The notes under the pieces: generated by a model
Database searches by the model: none
What the model was told of the DNA's origin: nothing
The model's input: the letters and a program-made list of their open reading frames with translations, nothing else
Assembly (NCBI GenBank): GCA_030770535.1
Contig: JASVEC010000112.1
Span: 1-50,158, forward strand
Direction: 5' to 3'
Origin: Batkoa obscura
Taxonomy: Eukaryota
Length of the DNA: 50,158 nucleotides
Position numbers and translations under genes: made by a program
In this document: positions 40,597-50,158 of the stretch, one piece after another
How the letters are laid out: the number at the start of each line of letters is the position of its first letter
How positions within the stretch are numbered: position 1 is the first letter of the stretch

Positions 40597-41163
40597 TGTG
40601 AAATATCCCTTTGTCAGCTCCATAATTGATTATAGCACAATAACCATTTAAGTTGTTGTGTTCTCAGGTTCGGAGACAATCAATCCCACGTTCTTATTTT
40701 GATTTTGTATGAGAATTTCTAGCTTCATCCCAAAGAATATTATTTTCTCATTTTGATATTTGTACTTGCCAGAGCATAACAAAGATTTTAAAGTATAGTA
40801 ATTCGAGGCTTTTTAACTGAATTATTCCTTGATATCTCATACACTTAATAAAGCCACTAAGTTTTCTCAATAGTGTTTTATGCAGGCTTTACATTACTAT
40901 TGTCTATTCTATTTGTCTTACATAGTCCATAGCCTACTATATGGGAGTGTTTTTTTTTACTTCATTATTTTTTCCATTTTTCAAGCACTATTTAAGCGGA
41001 AAATTTGTTAGTAAAATTCTTAAACACAAAAATACATCCCCATATGCTATTCTTCATAATTCAAGTCTATTTTAATCACACAAACTAAGATCTTTCGGCT
41101 TAAATTATAGTCAACTAGTCAATAGCTGTTTTTGACTCCAATCACTAAGTGCCAGATCCCATA
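40597..41163 (+). mobile_element. Solo-LTR-like element, third copy, interrupted by a MITE
   Basis: TGTGAAATATC start; shares gttctcaggttcggagacaatcaatcccacgttctta with 17278-17314; 3' end decayed (gatcccata). Confidence 0.8.
40943..41041 (+). mobile_element. MITE copy inside the LTR-like element, TSD ATAT
   Basis: gcctact-ATAT-[element]-ATAT-gctattc versus the empty site gcctact-ATAT-gttattc at 17954-17971. Confidence 0.9.
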
Positions 41164-41209
41164 CTTGTTGGTTTTAGCCCCTGTTTCTTTTGAAGCACTA
41201 ACTTTATAT

Positions 41210-41305
41210 GGTAATATATTTTTTGTTTAATAATTTATTAACAATCTTTCCACTCGAATAGCTCTTAAAAAATGGATAAAATGATGAAACTAAAAAAACA
41301 TTCTC
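41210..41305 (-). mobile_element. MITE copy (reverse), TSD ATAT
   Basis: aacaatctttccactcgaatagctcttaaaaa core; ATAT flanks. Confidence 0.8.
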
Positions 41306-41609
41306 ATATATTGCTTGATTAAGCCTATTATTTCTGATAGTAAACTTTAATATAAAAAAAATTGTTTTATTATAAAATCTTATAAAATCTGGTTTATTAT
41401 AAATAGTTATTAAAATTGACGTAAATAAATCACAATGTATATATAATGTACTTTTCCTTATTATATTGAACTTTTTATTAAAATAAAAATAAAATGTGAG
41501 CTTTTATAACCAAATTTTAAAATAAATTTTTCAAAAAATAAAGTTAGATAATTGTATATTTATATATTAAATATCTATTAAATATTAATAAAAATAATAT
41601 AAAACATAC

Positions 41610-41699
41610 GAAAGTGTTTTTTTTACTTCATTACTTTTTATATCTTTTAAGCGCTATTTGAGCAGAAATATTGCTAGTAAAATTCTTAAGAAATACCTA
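41610..41699 (+). mobile_element. MITE copy, degenerate ends
   Basis: aagcgctatttgagcagaaatattgctagtaaaattcttaag core. Confidence 0.75.
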
Positions 41700-42489
41700 A
41701 TATTAATATTATATAAGAGACTATTTTTTTAAGAAATTGAACTTTAATGCAAGTTATTCTAATTGGTTGAAAAAATCAAATTAATAAAAAGTTATTTATA
41801 GTAACTAAGTTAAAAATTAAAAATTAAAAATTAATAATACGATACTTTTTTATAAATAGCGTTCTAAAGGATTTGATTTTATAAAAAGACAAGCTATAAG
41901 GTTTATATATATTTTTTTTAATAAACTCATCTTTAAATATTTCATGTTACACTTTTTTTCTGCTACTGTAAATCTATACGAAAAACAAGTGAATTTTTTA
42001 ATTTGATATTATTCTAGTTTAAATTTAACATATTAGTATTAAAATTTTATAAATTAAAAAACAGTAACAGGATCAGATTTACTTGTGTTTAGTTCAAATT
42101 AGAAAAGCTTTTTGAAGTGGATAATATTTAATTAATAATTGCAGTTTATTAATGTAATAATAAAATAATACTAAATAATATTATTCTATGTCAGATTTTA
42201 AAAATACTTTTATTTTGTTTAATAATTATTTGTTTATATATTATAAAGTATATAGGATTAAAGCAGTTTACTATCATATTGAAGTATATTTAATTTAGAT
42301 GGAAATTTAATTGTATTTGAATATTTTTAATTTAAGGGTAACTGATTTTTAAATTAGGACTTTTAACTATAATAATTATTAAGATTGGCTAGTACTATTT
42401 CTATTTAGGTTATTTTAGCCAACCATAATGAAAAGGACTTAATTCTAAAAAAGTTAATTTTACAGCCAAAAAACTAGCCAATCGAATAT

Positions 42490-43266
42490 GATTTCGAATT
42501 CCTGGATGTTTAACTTAGAATTATGTATCAACCTGTCTTTCACACCAAAACCAATATCCAAAAACATACTAATACGGAATCCAATATTTGTGTTAAAGGC
42601 TTAATTTCAGACGATTCTATTGCCACCTTCGCTTGATATAAATTTAGAAATTAAAGGAAGATTTAAATTTAGGGTTGAGTATCTTGGAAATCTGAAGCAA
42701 TTTCAAGTATAAGATTAATATATTATCTTGGTCTTTTTGTTTCAATGATAGTGGTTATGATGATATGAAATTATTTGAAAATGGCAATATTATTAGATTA
42801 AACTATTTCAACTCATAATATTTATCAGTTGACTATGTTTTTTTTAATTTATCGACATTAGAAAAATTATTTTAGTTGCCTATCATTCGATTTAGTACGT
42901 TCAGCTCATTCTTTCTCAAACTTTCAAGTTCATTTTAACCTTTGGCTTTTTAATATGAATGTTGAGATATTCGATAAATATAATTCAGATAAGAACAAAC
43001 TTCATCTTAGAAAATATAATCCAATAAAATGTAAAACGGCTAATCATCTTAAGACCAATGAACTTCATGTTACTCTCGAAGATTTCCTTTGTTTCCTTTC
43101 CTTTCTCAAGAATATTGAGATATTGATTATTAAGGATTCTAAAATTATCAATATTAAAGGAAGTCGTGATTATAAACTTACTACTATATTATTACTTATT
43201 ACAAATTATATTGATATGGACAATACTACTTGTGAAAAAATTAAAAGTATTCCAATGCCAAGGTGA
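42490..43266 (+). pseudogene. 3' half of a paralogue of the 37399-38906 pseudogene
   Basis: MKLFENGNIIRLNYFNS*...NLSTLEK aligns with IKVFENSNIAIFGYFNSD...NLTTLKE; ends IKSIPMPR* versus IENIPMLG*. Confidence 0.65.
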
Positions 43267-43751
43267 TTAAAATTATAAAACTTATCTTTCTCATTTTTAA
43301 TGCCTGTAACCAAACTAAAAATAATATTATATTAAATTAATTTTATTTAGTAATTCTGTTCTGCTATTATCAACTTTGTTTTAGAATTTGACTTTTTCAA
43401 TAGCATTAAATGCTTGAAGCTATCCGAGGTTTTTAACTATAAAAAGTTCCGTTAAATTAAACTAGACTAAGACTTGATTTAGAGTTTAGAATCTATCTTA
43501 AATAATGATACCCCATCCTTTCTTTTCTAAAAGGAATTTCCATATTTTCTTTCACAGCATCTTGATCATTGACATGCGTTTATTTTCCTATTATTCGAAA
43601 TAAAAACAAGGTTTGTCTTGAATTTAAAAGTAAATAGCAATCATCATATTATCTGGTCCTTCTTTTATTATATAAATGTAAAACTAGTAGAAGCTAATCT
43701 ATAAGTAAAAATCATTGAAATAAACTATCAAGATGCAACTTGATCAAAATT

Positions 43752-44602
43752 TTATTCCTCTTCAGGATCGCTCGAGTAATTGCATAATTCCATAAAAGGG
43801 GAATGGGTTTTCTTATTAGTATCATCCATTATAGCTTCCATTTTATTCTCTTTAGTCATATCGTTCTCCTTATCCTTATTTGTATCTACTTTTGTATTTG
43901 TATCATCAGTATTGTTATTATCTTTAGGTTCAATTTTGGTTTTAATTAATTTTGAAAATAATGGATTAGTTTTCTTTTTACTACTATTCGTATTGATATT
44001 TTGTTTATCTGCTGGATTTTTTTTAATGACAAAAGTAGCTGGCACTTCTTTTTTTATATCAAGTTTTGGTATTTTAGTGACATTATTATTAGCTACCAAT
44101 CTAAAAGAACTTAATTCAAAAATTTGATAAAACCAATCTTACTTACTCTTTGAACTTTAAAACTTCTTCTTTTTCTTTTGTTTCTAGTTCTAGCTTGATC
44201 CTCTTTTCTTTTTCTATTAACTCAATTAAATACTCAGATTCATCTTCATCCAATCGATGAATCCTATTTCCTATGGAAAAATTAATTTTATTTTATTCTA
44301 TGCTGTTCTTTTGTTTAGCTTACCAAGTTTATTAGCTTCTTCAATAGCTTCTTCTTTTTTAGCTCTCTGCTCTTTTAATCTTTCAAATAGAGTACGTGGA
44401 TCATAATTCGATTCTTTAGTATCTAAATGTAATCTGATTAATAAAATTAATTTAAATGAACTATTTTTTTAGAAAATAGTTAAAAATATTGAATAAATAA
44501 ATAAAGTTAGTTACTTGAAATGCCGCTTTCTTCTCTTCTTTTTTTGATCTCTTCTAATGTATTCTCTGATACAAAACTCCTTGATTGATTTTTATTCTCC
44601 AT
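43752..44602 (-). CDS. FAM192A/PSME3IP1/Fyv6 N-terminal domain protein, 4 exons
   Basis: SFVSENTLEEIKKRREE, YDPRTLFERLKEQRAKKEE, NRIHRLDEDESEYL; ends ELCNYSSDPEEE. Confidence 0.88.
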
Positions 44603-44764
44603 TGAATCTTATTATTATTTTTACAAATTAAAGAAATTGAGATACAAAAAATTCAAGTAGATTATTTATCCTTTTGCAGCTTTTTTGCTTTTATTATAAG
44701 AAAAGATCAAAATCAGAAATTCTAAATATAGTAAATTATACGAAAATAATATTTATTATTGCTA

Positions 44765-45889
44765 TTACATTTGTTTAATTCTAATAGCGGTAGTTTCCTC
44801 AACTTCAGATAAAGTAAAACGTGTGTCATTACTATCAATAACGGTAAAAGAAGAAGTAGTGGTAATAGAAGTTAAAGGAGCGGTAGAGGAGCGCTTAAGG
44901 TCGGAGCCTAATTTTAAACTAGATAGCCACCGAGCTCCATTTATAGCTGGCTTATTATCACTGCTATTACCAGTAACTTGAAATATGCTACCATTTGACT
45001 TTCTTAATTCATATTCATATAAGATATGTGGAATAGCAGGATCAAACATAAAACAAATAAAGTTTAACCAACCAGCTGAAGAACTTAATACATCAGCAAA
45101 ACAATCTGAGGCTACAGTTCCTACGTAATTCTCATCGATATATAACTCAGAAATAACAACAAATGGAAACTGAGTTATTAATGGGATAATGGCGTAACTC
45201 ATTAATCTTCTAGCTAATAAATTCATATGATTATTTAGGTTGACACTATTACTTTGTACATTACTATTATTGTAAACTATCTTTTTGGCTCTTAAAGTTA
45301 AGTATGTTTTTATAAAAATATAAGCACAATAGCAGCAACAAAGAGTAACCGGGATAACAAATACCGAGTGAAAGTAAATAAATCCCCATGGTGCTATTTT
45401 ATAAGCTTTTAAACCATAGCAGTTGTTAGTTAGGTATGAATATATAATTGAAGGCACGTAAAATACAAGGCAAATAGCAAGTGTACCCAAAGCGTAAATC
45501 CAATGATTTGCAATCCTTAATACTTTCTTTTTCAAAAACACGGTTTGTAAATTATAAGCCAGACATGTGGTTAAAAAGACAAACCATACATTAACGATAT
45601 GCTGAGTATGAGTCGCAAGAATACAAAAGTCCATGTTTTCTTCAAGTACTTCTCTTATATCCTCTGGAGCATCTCTATCAATAAGCTTTTGCGTTTGTGC
45701 TAAGACTAAGGTACTATATATGATATCTGAAATAGCTATCCAAATATATATCTTATAACTTAGTCTATCCGCAGCTTTGAATTTTAGTAGGCGTGTTACT
45801 AATATAAAAAGAAGTAATGCAATTGCCCCAATAATCGAGATAATATTATTATATTTTGTTACTACTCTTGCAATTTGAAAAGGAAGCAT
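44765..45889 (-). CDS. GPCR-like 7TM protein, intronless, paralogue 2
   Basis: Collinear with 34801-35922 over the full length, with identical blocks FLTTCLAYNLQTVFL, RLMSYAIIPLITQFPF, AGWLNFICFMFDPAIP. Confidence 0.85.
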   Translation of the reverse strand: MLPFQIARVVTKYNNIISIIGAIALLLFILVTRLLKFKAADRLSYKIYIWIAISDIIYSTLVLAQTQKLIDRDAPEDIREVLEENMDFCILATHTQHIVNVWFVFLTTCLAYNLQTVFLKKKVLRIANHWIYALGTLAICLVFYVPSIIYSYLTNNCYGLKAYKIAPWGFIYFHSVFVIPVTLCCCYCAYIFIKTYLTLRAKKIVYNNSNVQSNSVNLNNHMNLLARRLMSYAIIPLITQFPFVVISELYIDENYVGTVASDCFADVLSSSAGWLNFICFMFDPAIPHILYEYELRKSNGSIFQVTGNSSDNKPAINGARWLSSLKLGSDLKRSSTAPLTSITTTSSFTVIDSNDTRFTLSEVEETTAIRIKQM

Positions 45890-47236
45890 TATTATATTTA
45901 TTAATTTTTTATACTTTTTTGACTCATTTGCTTTTTACTTATATATGTTTTTGTTAATAATTAACACCTCTTTAATTTTCATTCCCATTTTGAAGGGATT
46001 AATAGATAGGGTAAAAACATTAAGATACGATACATATAAAAGTGATCCTAAAAGAACTAAATAAAATATACTATTTCCATGTATAAAAAATAGTACTATG
46101 GTTCTATCCATTTGTTATCCTTTGACTTTAGGAGTATCACATTGCACTAACATAATAACATTGCTAGTATTATTATGCATCATTAAAGTGATCCTAATAC
46201 ATCATCCAATCCATCCTACTTTTTATTTTAATTTTAAAATAAACTCAGCTACATCTTACTATATTAAGCTTTATATTGTTTCCTTTTTGGATGGAAGTAT
46301 ATGCCAATCGATTTTCTTACATCTCATTCCACTATAGCCAACTTATTGTTTAAAGGCCGCTACCTTTTTCTACACAGTATAGTTATAATATAAGTTCCTA
46401 TTCTAAAATTATACTCCACACCAATTTGCTTTTTATCACCAATAACTATCAATATAAAAACGGAAGAACGAAAATTTTCACTTAAAATTTGCTAACATTG
46501 TTTCCAAATAAATGCGCTTTTTCAAAAAAAAGGATTTTAAAAAATGATGTAGAAATAGGAGATAATCAAATAACCCTTGTTTTATATGCTCTAAAGCTTC
46601 CCCTTTTAATATACCATACTATTTAATAATAGTTTTGAGAGTTTAAGGAATACTAAAATTACAAATGTATAGCATAAAGCCGAAAAATTGAGCTTAGCTC
46701 CATCCCATGATAAGAATATCAATTAAATACCATATCAATTGTCTTCGAATATCAACAATACCATTAATATATTCAAAGACTAGTATCTTTATTCTATCCT
46801 ATTCTTACCATATAAAACTATTATTGGATAGATCTTAGATCTTATAAGCAATTAAATTAGTTAAATAGAATTTAATATTTTAGTCTCAAAGTAACTAATT
46901 AAAATAATCTTTCTAAAATAGCAACTCAAACAAAGCTGTTCAACCCTTTAAATACCAAATTTCTTTTTAAAAAATGTCTAGAGTGAAATTTATTTTATAA
47001 AAATAACCAATTGGACAAAAATTAGATAATTGTACTAACCCTGACAATTATTTTCTCCCAAATTATACTTTGACTTGAAATTCAAATAGTAAACAAATCT
47101 ATATGGTCTACAAAGGGTTAAGGCGAGTTTAAATTAAATTAGCCAATCAATAAAAACTACGAGTAGTATTGATAATTTTAAATATTTAATATAAATTTTA
47201 TCTTTTTAAATATTATAATTATTAGTAATTGAAAAA

Positions 47237-48866
47237 ATGAAACTGTTGAATTTTTCAGCTATTTCTATACTAATTAGTGGGATAGCAAGTTCATTATCTT
47301 ACAGTGGGAATAAAGTTTTATTTATAGGCGATAATGACTTCGTTATGGAAGACTATTCTCAATTTATTAGTAGTTTGAAAGGTAAAATTAATATTGGTAA
47401 TTATTTAATATTAATCCATTTATATACTTTTAAACAATAGATCGTGATTATGATATAACCTTCGTTAAAGCACAAGAAGAGGATGTGAAATTGATGAACT
47501 TTGAGACTAAAAATTATGATCATTTGATTTTGTTCTCCCCAAAAGTCACTGGTAAATTGATTTATCTGCTTTTAATATTTTATGTGTTTATAAAAAAAAA
47601 AAAAATAGCTTATGGAGGTGGACTAAGTGAAAAAGAGATCATTGAATTTGTAGATCAAGGAGGAAATTTGTTATTGGCAGCCAATAACGATTTATCTAAG
47701 CTATATCAAAATGTAGCGTATCAATTTGGAGTTCAGTTTGATGTTAAAGGTAGTAAAGTATTAGACCCATTTAACTATAATGTTGTCAACAATGATGATG
47801 AGGATCATGAATATATACTAAGTGAAGATATAAATTATTCTAATTATTTTTCAGAAGAATATAAGATTCAAGCACCAATTTTGTTTAAGGGAGTTGGCCA
47901 TAGTATTAATAATAGTAACAATAATAAAGTTCGATCCATTTTAAAATCTACTGTGTCTTCTTTTTCATTAAAGCCAAGTAGTTCGGACACTACCTCTCTG
48001 TTTGGCCATGAGATTAGCCTAATCTCTGCTCTTCAAACTAGCAATAATGCTAGAGTTACTATATTTGGTTCTACTGAAATGTTTTCAGATAAGTAAATAA
48101 TAATTACATTTAAATTAATACCAAATTAAATTTTAAATAGGTTTGTCAATGACAAAATAATTAAGAAACTCAATAATGGCGAAAAATCAGCGTAATGATA
48201 ATACTATTCATAATAATTCAGTTATTAATTATTCAATTTAGTGCAATTGATTCGGACAATCTTAATTTTATTAAACAAATTACTAAATGGAATTTTCAAG
48301 AGTTTGGTGTTATAAAATGTATGGGTATTAATCATCATAGAATTAATGAAGTTGAAGCTCCAAGTAATTATCGTATTAATGATGAAATTGTAAGTAATAT
48401 TTATAATTTAAAGTATAAATTTATCTCTTTTTATAAATAGAAATATAGCATAAAATTAGCAGAGTATAGCAATAATACATGGTTACCATTCCAAAAGAAA
48501 GATATACAATTGGAGATCATAATGTTGGACCCATATATACGTACTTATTTAGCTTTTGAGAAAGTAGAGACGGATAAAGATGGTAACTCGTATTCAATTT
48601 ATAGTACACAAGTTAAATTACCGGATGTTTATGGTGTATTTACATTTAAAGTGGATTATCAAAGAGAAGGTTTTTCTTATATTTTTGAAAAAAATGTAGT
48701 TCCTGTTCATCCTTTCCGTCATAATGAGTACCCTCGTTTCCTTACTCCTGCTTTCCCTTACTATCTTTCTACTGCTTCTATGGGTATATCTTTTGTCCTT
48801 TTCTCAATCATTTGGTTATTTTATAAGGAAGACCTCACTCCTTCAAAAAGAAAAATCAATAATTAA
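47237..48866 (+). CDS. WBP1: Oligosaccharyltransferase subunit Wbp1/OST48 (DDOST)
   Basis: Signal peptide; YSQFISSLK; FVDQGGNLLLA; LQTSNNARVTIFGSTEMFSD; MLDPYIRT; LPDVYGVFTFKVDYQREG; PFRHNEYPRFLTPAFPYY; C-terminal TM. Confidence 0.96.
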
Positions 48867-48978
48867 AATAGCAAAATTTAATTTGCTTGCTCATGAATTA
48901 TATTTAACTAAATAATATCATTACTACAATTAATTTTCTGTATCATTTTTATAAGAATCTTATTAAGTAGTAATATAT

Positions 48979-49075
48979 GAGGATGTATTTTTTTATTTAA
49001 GAATTTTACTAACAATTTTTCTACTAAAATGGCGCTTAAAAGATGTAAAAGTAATGAAGTCAAAAAAACGCTCTT
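48979..49075 (-). mobile_element. MITE copy (reverse), TSD ATAT
   Basis: ATAT|gaggatgtattt...aagaattttactaacaattttt...ggcgcttaaaaga...|ATAT. Confidence 0.85.
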
Positions 49076-49679
49076 ATATAGTACCTATAAAATTTTATAT
49101 TTTGAAATAAAAGCTTAAACCATGAGTTAAAAACAATAGTCATCGATTCAATTATGAATAGAATATGTTAGGTAAGTAAAATATATTGCTATCTATAAAC
49201 CCCTATTGACTATGGACTTATTATTGAACATAAAGCCTTTTCATGAAGTAATTTTTTGTCTTTGTCGAATTAATAAAAACACAGGTTTTAAGATTTTTTA
49301 AAGAATAGTAATGGCTAATTTTAATCTAATTGTAATATTAATAGTTTATTTTTAAGTGAAATATTATAAGATGCTAAAATCCGATAAGGTACTAAATTTT
49401 ATAAACTGCATAAATGATTCTATCAATTGCTGTATAAATTTTAATTCAAATGCCATAACCTTTAAAAAATATTAAGTCTTTTAAAAAACAACTACAAGTT
49501 ATAAGTTGATCAAAAGAGATTAAAATATGGTATTATGTTAAATTTGTATATACAAACTTATTAAACATTTAGTATTATAGTGAGAGACACAGTCGTCTTA
49601 ACGTTTAAAGAAATATAGAAACGAAAACCAGGTAGAGAATCATATAAAAAAAAACATTTTAACCATTCAAACAAAATAA

Positions 49680-49778
49680 AGGGATGTATTTTTGTATTTA
49701 AGAATTCTACTATCAATTTTGCTGCTTAAACAGCGCTTAAAAGATGGGAAAGGTGATGAAGCCAAAAAAGACATCTCC
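49680..49778 (-). mobile_element. MITE copy (reverse), TSD ATAA
   Basis: ATAA|agggatgtattt...cagcgcttaaaaga...acatctcc|ATAA. Confidence 0.85.
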
Positions 49779-50093
49779 ATAAAATTGCGATTGTTATTAA
49801 AGCCTTCGTAGAAGCTAAACCGGTTGTCATGGGAGTAGTGCTAGTATTTTATAAATCAGATTTTTGGTAAAGAATGATTTTTTATTTTATAGAAATTGTT
49901 GGTAAAATTTTAAACTTAAATTCAAATGTCCAGTTACTTTTTATATTTATATATCTATTAAATTTCTACTAAAGTCAAATTAAGATAGGATTAGGGTTAG
50001 GGTTAGTGATAAATATTTAAAATATTTTTAATTTAGCTGGCATTTTTTTGAAAATCGATCTATTTCGTTCTTAAAAAAGGAGGATTTTTATTA

Positions 50094-50158
50094 GGCGGGA
50101 TAAAATAGCATCTATCACTCCCACAAATTACCATTGAGTCCTTGGCTTCTCAATAAAA
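50094..50158 (-). ncRNA. Possible 3' end of an Sm-class spliceosomal snRNA (U4/U1-like), truncated by the window edge
   Basis: Minus strand reads hairpin AUUGAG...CUCAAU, then GGU-AAUUUGUGG (Sm-site-like), then a terminal stem-loop GGGA...UCCC. Confidence 0.35.

Noticed and set aside
46098..46337. 79-aa hydrophobic ORF upstream of GPCR 2
   Set aside because: The paralogous region (36120-36350) lacks the start and has indels and stops, so it is not conserved as coding.

Overview
Very AT-rich eukaryotic DNA with many short (mostly ~45-70 nt) GT-AG introns and fungal-type housekeeping genes. It is most likely an early-diverging fungus, possibly Zoopagomycota/Entomophthorales-like (inference from gene content, not a database result). 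About 15 intact or near-intact genes: SAGA Ada1/Hfi1, a winged-helix + SET-domain protein, an ELM1-like protein, a Cullin-2-type cullin, MCT-1/Tma20, an F-BAR/DEP/RhoGAP, dynactin p25, Pet191/COA5, ADE8, GGA, an orphan 7TM protein, two paralogous intronless GPCRs, FAM192A/Fyv6 and WBP1/OST48. Between them are decayed genes (RBBP4/Msi1-like WD40, two F-box-like paralogues, a possible P450) and a nested mobile-element landscape. That landscape includes about 12 copies of a ~97-bp MITE with a 4-bp AT(A/T)(A/T) target duplication proven by empty sites (Sola-like), a larger element with related termini, and TG...CA solo-LTR-like elements inserted into one another. All gene models were spliced by eye, so exon boundaries are approximate. 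No homology searches were run.
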